A stretch of DNA of 60,421 nt, the filler included. It is 5 parts of 5 records of this genome, joined end to end, with 100 filler letters (N's around TTAATTAATTAA, not from the genome) between each part and the next. Parts side by side here need not be neighbours in the genome. Positions count along the whole stretch, not along the records: positions 20,555 to 42,477 come from DRR723986_30072; 4 more parts are not named here. One strand, given 5' to 3'. Below the pieces are notes generated by a model. It searched no databases, had not been told where the DNA came from, and saw nothing but the letters and a program-made list of their open reading frames with translations. This document shows positions 29,389-39,379 of this stretch, piece after piece. The stretch's first letter is position 1. Each line of letters starts with the position of its first letter. A program made the translations under genes and the position numbers.

Positions 29389-31157
29389 TGGAACCAAAAG
29401 CATTTTATCAAAAAACAATTCAAGCGCATTCGGTTGAATTGAACAGGCTAAAAAAGGCGGCTCTATCATTATCTATGTTGCGCCTTGTAGTGTTTTTAGT
29501 GATGATTGCCATTACTTATTTCTTTTTTGGTAATACCATAATAGTGTCAACCACTTTGGTGGTTGGAATTGCCTCTTTTCTGTTTTTAGTATCTCGCTAC
29601 ACCGATATTAAAAATAAACGTGATTATTTTAAATTACTGGTTGAAATCAACAGGAGGGAATTGGATGTAATAGAAGGGAATTTGAATGATTTGGATAGCG
29701 GTGAAGAGTTCGTATTTGAAGGACATCATTATAATCAAGACATTGATTTGTTTGGTCAAGGGTCATTATTCCTATTGCTCAATCGAACTGGAACAAGGAA
29801 CGGACGTATTAAATTGGCGAATTGGTTGAATTCTAATGATATTTCGGCCATTGAAAGCAAACAACAAGCTATTGCTGAAATTGCAGACATGGCCGAATGG
29901 CGACAGCATTTTGAGGCCACAGCTAGAATCATAGAAAACGAAGTTGATTCTGATGTTATATTAAAGTGGATTAAATCTTATAAAGCTCAGATTCCAAAAG
30001 CTTTTCATAGAGTGCCACTTATCTTTTCGATACTATCTTTTGCTTTAATTGGATGCTGGGGCGCTGGATGGATACCGGGAATTTATTTGGGAGCTTGGTT
30101 CTTTGTTGGATTAGGAGTCACAGGTTTGTATTTAAAAAAGATCACCAATCTGTATAAAGATTGCGGTAAAACGCAAGAGACATTTTCGCAGTATTCTAAG
30201 TTGATTTTGGCCATTGAAAATTTGGAAGTTAAATCAACCTCATTAAATCAAGCTAAAGATCAACTCAAAACTAAGGGGGAAAAAGCCTCTCAGATTTTGC
30301 AAGTACTTTCAAGTGAAATCAGCAGCTTAGATCAACGAAATAATGTGTTTTTTGGGCTGATTGCCAATGGTTTCTTCCTGTGGGATTTACGCTACTCATT
30401 CCGTATAGAGAATTGGATGCGAACCTTTGAATCATCTCTCGATCAATGGTTTGACGCCGTAACATATTTTGATGCTTCAAATTCATTGGGTAATTTCAAG
30501 TTCAATCATCCAGACTATGTATTTCCGGTTGTTACAGAAAACTCAAAAGAGATGATGACTGCGGTGGGCTTGGGGCATCCACTTTTACAATCTGAAAAGA
30601 GAATTGACAACGATTTGAAAATGAATATTGAGGACTTTTTCATTATCACGGGTGCCAACATGGCCGGAAAAAGTACTTTTTTAAGAACAGTAGCGCTCAA
30701 TTTGGTGATGGCCAATTGTGGATTACCCGTTTGCGCAAAATCGTTTAGTTATTATCCGATAAAATTGATTTCCAGTATGCGAACAACCGATTCGCTGCAG
30801 AATGATGAATCGTACTTTTTCTCAGAATTAAAAAGGCTGAAGTTTATTGTAGATGAAATTCAAACTGATCAGTTTTTTATCATCCTTGATGAAATATTAA
30901 AAGGCACAAATAGTAAGGATAAGGCGGAGGGTTCTCAGAAATTTGTTGAGCGCTTAGTTGCCTCTAATTCTACCGGATTAATTGCCACACATGATTTGAG
31001 TTTGTGCAAGCTTTCTGAAACATTGCCTCAGGTAGAGAATCATTATTTTGATGCCGAAATTGTAAATGATGAATTGTATTTTGATTACACATTCAAAGAT
31101 GGTGTATGTCAAAATATGAATGCCAGTTTCTTGTTGAAGAAGATGGAGATTGTTTAA
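29388..31157 (+). CDS. Membrane-anchored MutS-related ATPase (MutS domain V)
   Basis: ATG overlaps the SDR stop (TGATG); TM pairs; TGANMAGKST, ESYFFSEL, LDEILKGTNS, ATHD. Confidence 0.9.
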   Translation: MEPKAFYQKTIQAHSVELNRLKKAALSLSMLRLVVFLVMIAITYFFFGNTIIVSTTLVVGIASFLFLVSRYTDIKNKRDYFKLLVEINRRELDVIEGNLNDLDSGEEFVFEGHHYNQDIDLFGQGSLFLLLNRTGTRNGRIKLANWLNSNDISAIESKQQAIAEIADMAEWRQHFEATARIIENEVDSDVILKWIKSYKAQIPKAFHRVPLIFSILSFALIGCWGAGWIPGIYLGAWFFVGLGVTGLYLKKITNLYKDCGKTQETFSQYSKLILAIENLEVKSTSLNQAKDQLKTKGEKASQILQVLSSEISSLDQRNNVFFGLIANGFFLWDLRYSFRIENWMRTFESSLDQWFDAVTYFDASNSLGNFKFNHPDYVFPVVTENSKEMMTAVGLGHPLLQSEKRIDNDLKMNIEDFFIITGANMAGKSTFLRTVALNLVMANCGLPVCAKSFSYYPIKLISSMRTTDSLQNDESYFFSELKRLKFIVDEIQTDQFFIILDEILKGTNSKDKAEGSQKFVERLVASNSTGLIATHDLSLCKLSETLPQVENHYFDAEIVNDELYFDYTFKDGVCQNMNASFLLKKMEIV

Positions 31158-32920
31158 TCTAGCCTTGCTTTATAGATCCAAGATTCGGGCCTTATAACTT
31201 TCCAGTTATACTTTTTAGGATTGTTTAAGACTATTTCAACCACATATTCTTCTGGATCAACTTTAAAAAACAACGATTTTTCGAATTTCTGAGGCTTCGT
31301 AAAATCATTTCTGAATTGATTTAATATTATTTCTTCGTTATAGACTTCTTCAAAGACATTGTTGAAGAAGATTACATTAATTGATGCAAAATCAACTTTT
31401 TCTGAGCAACTCAATTCTGTTGATATTGAAGTCAGTATTGCTTTGCGTTCTTCTAAATAAAGATAAAAAGATCCTATTGTCAGCAGCGAATCACTGGAAG
31501 AAACCGTGCGTAATTTTTTATGGTCTAAAACGTTCCAAGTTGTTTTATGCTTGGTTTCGAGTAGTGCAACTTTCGTAGCGTTATGAGAGTATAGGGTGTC
31601 ATATTTACCATTGTTTGGGACTTTATCAACAGGATTGGCAATGATTAAATCTGCAATTGGATTTGGGTAATCTATCCATTGTACATTGTTGAGACGACTG
31701 GGTTCACGATAGTTAAAATAATGAACCACCTCCCCAAAGTAGAAAGGGGCACTGATGGTCAAGAGTTCGTCAGCATTGTTTTGTTGCTCAAGTAAAACCT
31801 CATAAAGATCTTTGTTCATTGTTGAATCTTTCCAACCTGAAGGATAAGAAAAGTTAATATTGATGAGGTGATGAATCAGGATGATTGATGCTGGAATGGC
31901 TGCCAAGTATTTTGTCCAATTAGTAGCCTGATCAAACAAAACAAAAACGAATAATAAAAACAGCAATAACAAGTGCAATGCCGCTCTGTTATGCGGATAG
32001 TTGACTCCAAAAAGTAAATGCAAAGTTATGGTTCCAACAACAGTTCCAATAAATAAGGTGGCGATTACGACTAAAGTTGAATGCAAACGAATCTTTTTAA
32101 AATTCAGAATGAAAGCCACTAAACAGGTTAACAAGATGATGCCTACCAGCCATATTCCTTTATCACCGAGAAATCTGTAGGATAAATTGACGAAGATGTC
32201 ATGATAAAAGCTAGTACTTCCACCGAGCCAAAGAGCTCCTGCAGCTTTGAGATAGAATCCGTAAATAATGGCTAATCCGATTGGGAGTAAACCGAGGAAA
32301 AATGCGTTTAAATAAAACCAAATTGTCAAAGATGCTTTATTCCTGATTTGATAGGTTCTATAACACAGCATCAGTACAATAAGCATTACACTGATTGACA
32401 TGGAAAGATTAGACCATAAGGTAAGCGAACTAAACACGAATGATATTAAGATTGCTCGGGAATCAGTTGCTTTGAAGGCTTTGAAAAGATAGAGTAGGGC
32501 GCTTAGTAAAAAAGCCATGGACATGCCGTATCCTCTTGCTAAGGTGAAAAAGGTCAACACGAAAAAGCCGCTTGACAGCGCAATAACAAAACAGGTGCTG
32601 ACTATTTGGTGCTTGAAGAATTCTCGAAGACCCATTAAAGCCTTGAAGAATAGCAGAAAACTCAGTAATTCAAACCAACGCATCCAAATCACATTTGCTC
32701 CAAACAAATAGTACGAAATCCAATTGAAAAAGGTAGAGATGAGATGATTGTTGGCATCAGGATACGAAGTAAAAGGCATGAAGTCGCCGGTATCAATATA
32801 CACGTGGAAATTTAAAATTTCATCTGGGAAAGGAGGGACCCAAAGTGCTCGAAATATCAAAAAGATAAAAACGCAAACTCCGTATGCATAAAGCGTATAT
32901 GTTAAGCGGTTTTCAGTCAT
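31154..32920 (-). CDS. Multi-pass membrane protein, GT-C (ArnT/PMT-like) glycosyltransferase candidate
   Basis: About 11 TM; DE after TM1, DANNH, ARGYG motifs. Confidence 0.6.
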   Translation of the reverse strand: MTENRLTYTLYAYGVCVFIFLIFRALWVPPFPDEILNFHVYIDTGDFMPFTSYPDANNHLISTFFNWISYYLFGANVIWMRWFELLSFLLFFKALMGLREFFKHQIVSTCFVIALSSGFFVLTFFTLARGYGMSMAFLLSALLYLFKAFKATDSRAILISFVFSSLTLWSNLSMSISVMLIVLMLCYRTYQIRNKASLTIWFYLNAFFLGLLPIGLAIIYGFYLKAAGALWLGGSTSFYHDIFVNLSYRFLGDKGIWLVGIILLTCLVAFILNFKKIRLHSTLVVIATLFIGTVVGTITLHLLFGVNYPHNRAALHLLLLFLLFVFVLFDQATNWTKYLAAIPASIILIHHLININFSYPSGWKDSTMNKDLYEVLLEQQNNADELLTISAPFYFGEVVHYFNYREPSRLNNVQWIDYPNPIADLIIANPVDKVPNNGKYDTLYSHNATKVALLETKHKTTWNVLDHKKLRTVSSSDSLLTIGSFYLYLEERKAILTSISTELSCSEKVDFASINVIFFNNVFEEVYNEEIILNQFRNDFTKPQKFEKSLFFKVDPEEYVVEIVLNNPKKYNWKVIRPESWIYKARLD

Positions 32921-32976
32921 CTTCTATTTCAAATCTAGCTAATTATTAGCATTCATATAATAGGATGTCACCAAAC

Positions 32977-33005
32977 AAAAAAGGATGAGTTCAACTCATC
33001 CTTTT
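32977..33005. terminator. Intrinsic terminator (symmetric)
   Basis: AAAAGGATGAGTT-C-AACTCATCCTTTT perfect inverted repeat. Confidence 0.85.
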
Positions 33006-33025
33006 ACTTAATTCTATTTTATAAT

Positions 33026-33535
33026 TTACATGGCTTCAAGCACCTTTGCAGAAATCTCTAAATAAGTTTCTTTTGGATTGGTGTTTGCCACTACAGTAAT
33101 TTTCTTAGTCACTGGTTGCCCAACTTGCCCAGATTTCGGTCTAAAAATAACATCCAATTCACCAATTTCACCTGGTAAGATTGGCTCTTCAGGTTTGTTT
33201 GGTACCGTACAACCACATGAAGCAGTTGCTTTTTCAATCACCAATGGCTTATCTCCAGTGTTTTTGAATTTAAACGTGTATTTATTATCACTTGGGTAAA
33301 AGACATTACCGAAATCGTGTTTCATTTCAAAATACTCGATTGTGGTTTCTTCTCCCGAAACATCTTCTGAGGATGAATTCGGATTAGTAATAACCGCTCC
33401 TGATTCGGGATTAACGGTTCCAACAACTGAGCTTTCACCTTCAGTATTTACTTCAATGTCTGATCCTTCTTCTTCTGCTCCTGAACAGCTCATTAACAAA
33501 GCCGCCGAAAATAAATATACAAGTCCTTTTTTCAT
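33026..33535 (-). CDS. DUF1573 domain lipoprotein
   Basis: Lipobox LMSC; HDFG...FKFKNTG.KPLVI...ASCGCTVP. Confidence 0.9.
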   Translation of the reverse strand: MKKGLVYLFSAALLMSCSGAEEEGSDIEVNTEGESSVVGTVNPESGAVITNPNSSSEDVSGEETTIEYFEMKHDFGNVFYPSDNKYTFKFKNTGDKPLVIEKATASCGCTVPNKPEEPILPGEIGELDVIFRPKSGQVGQPVTKKITVVANTNPKETYLEISAKVLEAM

Positions 33536-33556
33536 TGATTTAATTTTTATTCAAAA

Positions 33557-35179
33557 TTAATAATCTAATCCCATATCATTGATGGCCTTACTCTCAATTA
33601 ATTCTAAACCTTTGATGAAAATTTCGTTCTCTTCTGCATTGTAAATCTCGTAAAACTTAGCAAAATCCCACATGTTCGAAGCAATTCTTGCTTTTAATAA
33701 CGTGTTGATTAGTTTTTTAGAAACCTGATAATCTTCTTCTGAATATTCAATTTCTTCAGCTTTTACCGCTTCCCAAAATTCTGGCAATACTTTTTCTTCC
33801 ACATTGAAGCCATTTTTATAATCTTCAAATTCAGGATAGTCTTTCTTTAATTCATCTCTATGCGCATCAACGTAGTTGAACGTGAATGTATTAAACAATC
33901 CTTTTCTGCTGATTTCTCTGTACATCTCAGATAATTCCATGGTGTCTAATGGCACGAATACATCTGGCATGATTCCACCGCCGCCGTAAACTGTTCTTCC
34001 TAATCCTAATGTTTTAAACTGTAATGAATCTGGAAGTTTGATAGAGTCTCTATGCATGAACTCTCCATTTTCGTATCTGTTTAAGTAATCATCACGGTAA
34101 GCATCAACACCATCATCATATGGCTTCTGTATAAATCTACCTGATGGCGTATAATATCTTGCAATTGTCACTCTCATAATTGATCCGTCTGATAAATTGT
34201 ACGGACGTTGAACCAGTCCTTTACCAAACGTTCTTCTTCCAACAATTAATCCTCTGTCCCAATCTTGTAGGGCTCCAGAAACTATCTCAGATGCAGAAGC
34301 AGAATTTTCATCCACTAATACAACCAGTTTTCCTTTCTCAAAATTCCCTTTTTTAGACTCGTTATAATATTGTCCGTAGCTGTTTTTATCGTTGGCCAAT
34401 TCATCTCTTCTTGATTGCGATCTTCCTTCAGAATAAACAATTAGTTTATCCTTATCCAAGAATTCATCTGCCATGTATTTAGCCACATGCAACAATCCTC
34501 CACCATTTCCTTGTAAATCAAGAATCAAGTTTTTCATTCCTTGTTTTTCAAGATCATTAATGGCTTTAGTTAATTCTTCAGGTGTTGTACGCGCAAAGCT
34601 CGTTACCTTAATGTAGCCAGTTTTATCCGTTGCCATATAAGCGGCAGCAACACTGAATAAAGGAATCTTATCCCTTAAAACATTAAATTTCATCAATTCA
34701 GGATCTTTTTTTCTTTTGATTCCTAAAACAACCTTACTTCCTTTGTCTCCAAGTAAACGTTCACGTACTCCAGAGTTTTGTAAACCAACTCCCGCAACTA
34801 CTTCTCCATCTATTTCAATGATTTTATCTCCAGCTTGAACGCCCACTTTTTCGCATGGCCCACCTTCAATGGTATTGACAACAATTAAAGTGTCGTCCAT
34901 AATTTGGAAACGGATTCCAACACCAACAAAGCTGCCGTCAATTCGTTCGTTTGATCGTTGAACTTCCTTTTTAGGAATTAAATAGGTGTGCGGATCTAGT
35001 TCTTTTAACATGGCCACAATCGCTGCGTCAGTGATTGCCGCTCCATCAAATTCATCAACATAATGTGCATCAATGTATCCGAACACCTCTTCGAATTTTC
35101 CTGTGGTTTCATCTTCTTTGTGTTGGCTATAGGCAAAGCTCGAGCTAATGCATAAAACCGCTAATATTACTTTCTTCAT
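33557..35179 (-). CDS. S41 family C-terminal processing peptidase (CtpA/Prc-like)
   Basis: LDPHT, PDZ domain, DLQGNGGG, SASASEI, TFGKGLVQ. Confidence 0.95.
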   Translation of the reverse strand: MKKVILAVLCISSSFAYSQHKEDETTGKFEEVFGYIDAHYVDEFDGAAITDAAIVAMLKELDPHTYLIPKKEVQRSNERIDGSFVGVGIRFQIMDDTLIVVNTIEGGPCEKVGVQAGDKIIEIDGEVVAGVGLQNSGVRERLLGDKGSKVVLGIKRKKDPELMKFNVLRDKIPLFSVAAAYMATDKTGYIKVTSFARTTPEELTKAINDLEKQGMKNLILDLQGNGGGLLHVAKYMADEFLDKDKLIVYSEGRSQSRRDELANDKNSYGQYYNESKKGNFEKGKLVVLVDENSASASEIVSGALQDWDRGLIVGRRTFGKGLVQRPYNLSDGSIMRVTIARYYTPSGRFIQKPYDDGVDAYRDDYLNRYENGEFMHRDSIKLPDSLQFKTLGLGRTVYGGGGIMPDVFVPLDTMELSEMYREISRKGLFNTFTFNYVDAHRDELKKDYPEFEDYKNGFNVEEKVLPEFWEAVKAEEIEYSEEDYQVSKKLINTLLKARIASNMWDFAKFYEIYNAEENEIFIKGLELIESKAINDMGLDY

Positions 35180-35235
35180 TTGTTACTTTTAATCTGTTGT
35201 TGAATTATCTGATTAGAAACCAATCTAAATCGACT

Positions 35236-36009
35236 ATGACGTCCCCTACGAAACTACTTATAAATTTAGGATTAATTTCTTATTTTTTGTTAAACGGCTT
35301 CAATAATTATGCCTCTTTTATTGATGATCAACTTCAGTATTCAAGAGTAAAACGAGCTTATCAAGAAAAGAAACCGATTATCACTGAAAAATTATCATCT
35401 ATGGATTTATCCACGGATAATGTTGAGGTCATGATCAAGGCCTATAAATATGAACAGAAAGTAAAATTATATGTTCGTTCTAAGTCAAAAGCAAAGTCAG
35501 AATCGCAATGGGAAATCTATAAGACCTTTCCTTTCTGTTCATTTTCTGGTGATTTAGGTCCAAAAAGAGAACAGGGAGATTTTCAAATACCTGAAGGCTA
35601 TTATCACATCATGCATTTTAATCCTTACAGTAATTTTTTATTGTCATTAGGGGTTTCGTATCCGAATAAAGCAGATAAAATCAAAAGTTCGGCAAGAGAT
35701 AAAGGAGGGGCTATTTACATGCATGGATCATGTGTCACAATCGGCTGCATCCCCATTGAAGATGAACCCATCAAAGAGGTATATGTTTTATCTATGTTTG
35801 GGAGGAATAACGGACAACTGAAAGTGCCGTTGCATATATTTCCTTTCGAATATTCTGAGGCAAAGATGAAATCAGCTAAGCAAAACTATCCTCAACATGC
35901 CGATTTTTGGGATAATATTTACAGCATTGAAAAAGAATTTGACAAAACTAAAATAGCTCCTAAAGTAGGCATTGACTCAAATGGGGATTACTATAAAATT
36001 GCTGGATAA
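35236..36009 (+). CDS. L,D-transpeptidase family (YafK/DpaA-like) protein
   Basis: GPKREQGDFQIPEGYY, SYPNKAD, IYMHGSCVTIGC (catalytic His/Cys); start uncertain. Confidence 0.88.
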   Translation: MTSPTKLLINLGLISYFLLNGFNNYASFIDDQLQYSRVKRAYQEKKPIITEKLSSMDLSTDNVEVMIKAYKYEQKVKLYVRSKSKAKSESQWEIYKTFPFCSFSGDLGPKREQGDFQIPEGYYHIMHFNPYSNFLLSLGVSYPNKADKIKSSARDKGGAIYMHGSCVTIGCIPIEDEPIKEVYVLSMFGRNNGQLKVPLHIFPFEYSEAKMKSAKQNYPQHADFWDNIYSIEKEFDKTKIAPKVGIDSNGDYYKIAG

Positions 36010-36095
36010 TCGACAACCAATTACGAATAATAAGTAATGCGTTGAAGTCGCTTTTTTTTGATGATAAAATCACACTTTTTATGTAGTATTGATTC

Positions 36096-37121
36096 ATCAA
36101 GTATTTCGCAACAATAGGATATTTAGCATTGATTCTTTTAACGAATGGATGTACGCAACCAGATTCAATTGAGTCTGATAGTGATAAAGCCATTGTACGC
36201 TCTTTTTATCATTGGAGACAGGACTTTCAGATTAATTCAGAACAACAATCTTTTCTAGAAAAGCTGGAGGTAGAGGAGCTGTATGTGCATTATTTTGATG
36301 TAGCATGGAGAGGAGAAGAAGCGGTTCCAATTGCAGAAGTATCTGAAATCTCAGGTATTGAAATTCAGATTAATCCTGTGGTTTACATTACCACGCAGGT
36401 ATTGGAACTTTCCGACTCAAGTCAAATTGAGCAATTGGCATCTCGTATAGCTGATAAAATCAAGACTATTCATGGCGAAAACGAATTAAAAGAAATTCAA
36501 ATTGATTGCGATTGGACCCCAAGCATTAAAGACAAGTATTTCTATTTGTTGACTGAATTGAAAAACAAGTTTTCTTCAATAGAATTGAGCGCAACCATTC
36601 GTTTGTATCAATATAAGTATCCTGAATTGGCCGGTGTTCCGCCAGTAGATAAAGGTTTGCTAATGTATTATAATATGGGTGAAATTACATCCTATCGTGA
36701 ACCCAATTCCATCTTGAATAATAACGAAGGTAAACGCTATTTAGGCTTCAATACCTATCCTTTGGATATTGATATTGCCCTACCTAATTTTTCATGGGTA
36801 TTGCTTTTCCAAACAGGAAATTTTCAAAAAATTTGTGCTGAACTGAACGAAGAGGATTTGGCCAATAAATCATTATTCAAGTCAATTGGTACCAATCGAT
36901 ATGCTTGTAAAAAAGATACTGTAATTGGAAATACCTATTTTAGATTTGGAGATGAATTACGATTAGAAAAATGTAACGAAGATCAATTGATTGAAGCCGC
37001 AAATTTGCTTAGAGATGAAATCAATCAAGATCAAACTCGCATAATTATTTACGATTTACAAACCGATACACCGAAAGACTATGAAAAATTGGATGCTGTC
37101 TATACTGTTTTTGAGCAGTAG
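36096..37121 (+). CDS. Lipoprotein with GH18-like/DUF3142-like TIM-barrel features
   Basis: Lipobox LTNGC; LYVHYFDV, IQIDCDW, SATIRL, LMYYNMG, DIALP; start ATC 36096 or TTG 36129. Confidence 0.65.
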   Translation: MKYFATIGYLALILLTNGCTQPDSIESDSDKAIVRSFYHWRQDFQINSEQQSFLEKLEVEELYVHYFDVAWRGEEAVPIAEVSEISGIEIQINPVVYITTQVLELSDSSQIEQLASRIADKIKTIHGENELKEIQIDCDWTPSIKDKYFYLLTELKNKFSSIELSATIRLYQYKYPELAGVPPVDKGLLMYYNMGEITSYREPNSILNNNEGKRYLGFNTYPLDIDIALPNFSWVLLFQTGNFQKICAELNEEDLANKSLFKSIGTNRYACKKDTVIGNTYFRFGDELRLEKCNEDQLIEAANLLRDEINQDQTRIIIYDLQTDTPKDYEKLDAVYTVFEQ

Positions 37122-39339
37122 TATTTACTCATTAGCATGTTCATATTGGCCGCACGGAGAAGACATTCGATTCTCTTTGTTTTCTTCTAACTTGACCAAG
37201 ATTTCTGATACTGAGCCTTTGTTCTATAGTACGCGTTATCTCAATGAATACAGTGAAGAGGCTTTCTATGGTCCTTCAGAAAATATTGAAGAATGGTATG
37301 CTTATTTCGGTGAAAAAGTGCCAAAAGATCAAATTGACGAACTGATATATGGTTTCAAAACTAAAAGTTCAATCGAGGCAATCAATGATAACCAGTTGAT
37401 GATCCATTTTAATTCAGGGTATCACAAAGAGGCGGCAGAATACATTTTCTTCGCTCGATCAGTGGAGGAGGCTTTATATGTTGATCCATGGGAAAAAAAA
37501 GAAATGGATGAACTAGTCCTAAGGCAATTAATTGATTTAGCTGAGTCGCATAGAGCTGAAACGTCTGATGAATACTTGAAAATTCGGTATACCTATCAAC
37601 TAATCGTCATGAATTATTACTTGAATGATTATGTGAAGATGGAACGTTACAATACGATTTTACAACGTATGCCTAGAAATAGCGTGTTAAAGGCATGGGC
37701 AGATTTTTTCGTTGCAATTTCTAATTCTAATGAAGCTCAACGATTATATGAGTTGAGTTTGGTTTTTGATAAAAGTAAATCTAAAAGCGAATACATCTAT
37801 AAAGTTTTTCCAAGAGATGAATCAAAACTAGCAGGTGCCTTGAGTTTATGTCAGAATGATCATGAGAAATCAGTGCTTTTGAGCATTACTGCTTTTAAAA
37901 ATCCAGGAAGGGCAATAGATCAGTTAGAAGAAATTGCAAAACTTGATCCTAAATCAGAATTACTTGAGTTGTTACTCATTCGAGAAATTAATAAAATGGA
38001 AGACTGGTATTTTACTGATCGCTATACGACTTTCGGAACAGGTATTTCTACTTCATGTTGGGAGTGTGATGCTTTTCAATTTATTCAAGACAAGAATTTC
38101 CAATCGGATAAAAAGTACCTTAAAAAAGTAGTTGAGTTTGCGGCTAAAATGGTTGAAAATAGGCTGGTTGAGAACAGAGGCTTATGGTTTAGTTCTCTCG
38201 CTTATATGCAGTACATGCTGGAGGATAAAAAGGAAACTGAAAGATACATCAACCTGGCAAACTCACATGCCGATAATCCTGAAATTAAGGCACAAGTTGC
38301 TGTGATATCAACACTAAATCTGGTGAAGAATAATAGCAATTGGGACAAAGGCTTTCAGAATAAGTTGATGAAGGCCATGATTGAGTTAGAATCCATGAAA
38401 GAAAGTATCTACAATTATGATCGATTCCATACACAGTTTATGCTAGCCGTTTCAAGAAAATATCTCGAAGAAGATAAAGTGGTTTTAGCGGCTTTGTTTG
38501 AGTCAAAAGTGGGTAACGAAATCTATGAACCCTATTCAAGTTGGGGAAATCATGCTTATCAAGCATTCGATTTATTGAATGAAAATGCGGATTCTGAAGA
38601 CTTAGATGAATTGTTTGATCTGTGGAATAAATCCTCAAAAACCCAATTAGAAGAATATCTTTTTGCAGATATGGAGCCCTTGAAGTGGAGACTAACTGAC
38701 CTGAGAGGTACTCAATATTTAAGAGAAGATAATTTAGAAAAAGCCTTGGAGATTTATGAAACCATTCCAGATTCTGTATGGGTGGTCTCTAATTGGGAAC
38801 TTCATTACTATTATAATGAGGAATTAGATGATAATCCGTTTGAAAGTAATTTGTTTGGTCGTGATTATTCAAATGATCGAGAGAATGCCTACACCAAACC
38901 TGAATTCGTTAGGGAAATCATTCGATTGAAAAAAGAATTAGATGGAAACGGAAAAAACAAAGCAAGAACAGCACTGTTGTTAGGCAATGCTTATTATAAC
39001 ATGACCTACCATGGTAACAGCTATTATTATACCGAGTATGCGTGGAGTTCATGGGAGGAGGATGATTTTAAAAGAGATCAATCTTGGTATTATTCATCCA
39101 GCAGAGCGTTGAAATATTACAAATTAGCTGAAGAATTGGCCCCTAACGATACTTATGCAGCATTCTGCCACTGTTTGCAATTAAAATGTAAAAGAGATGG
39201 CTATTATAAGTTAGAATATTGGAAGGATAAAGCAGAACAAGATTGGACGAATTTCATGGTTAAATATCCAGATCATGCGCACAAATTGAAGAATTGTGAT
39301 GAGTTTTACATGTATGAAAATTCTTGGCAGCAGGGATAA
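37081..39339 (+). CDS. Large secreted helical (TPR-like) hypothetical protein
   Basis: Signal/lipobox SLAC; helical repeats (LLIREINKME, LLLGNAYYN, ALKYYKLAEE); overlaps the upstream gene. Confidence 0.8.
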   Translation: MKNWMLSILFLSSSIYSLACSYWPHGEDIRFSLFSSNLTKISDTEPLFYSTRYLNEYSEEAFYGPSENIEEWYAYFGEKVPKDQIDELIYGFKTKSSIEAINDNQLMIHFNSGYHKEAAEYIFFARSVEEALYVDPWEKKEMDELVLRQLIDLAESHRAETSDEYLKIRYTYQLIVMNYYLNDYVKMERYNTILQRMPRNSVLKAWADFFVAISNSNEAQRLYELSLVFDKSKSKSEYIYKVFPRDESKLAGALSLCQNDHEKSVLLSITAFKNPGRAIDQLEEIAKLDPKSELLELLLIREINKMEDWYFTDRYTTFGTGISTSCWECDAFQFIQDKNFQSDKKYLKKVVEFAAKMVENRLVENRGLWFSSLAYMQYMLEDKKETERYINLANSHADNPEIKAQVAVISTLNLVKNNSNWDKGFQNKLMKAMIELESMKESIYNYDRFHTQFMLAVSRKYLEEDKVVLAALFESKVGNEIYEPYSSWGNHAYQAFDLLNENADSEDLDELFDLWNKSSKTQLEEYLFADMEPLKWRLTDLRGTQYLREDNLEKALEIYETIPDSVWVVSNWELHYYYNEELDDNPFESNLFGRDYSNDRENAYTKPEFVREIIRLKKELDGNGKNKARTALLLGNAYYNMTYHGNSYYYTEYAWSSWEEDDFKRDQSWYYSSSRALKYYKLAEELAPNDTYAAFCHCLQLKCKRDGYYKLEYWKDKAEQDWTNFMVKYPDHAHKLKNCDEFYMYENSWQQG

Positions 39340-39379
39340 TTCAATTTTGATTTGATTAACTTTGATGAAAATTGAATTT

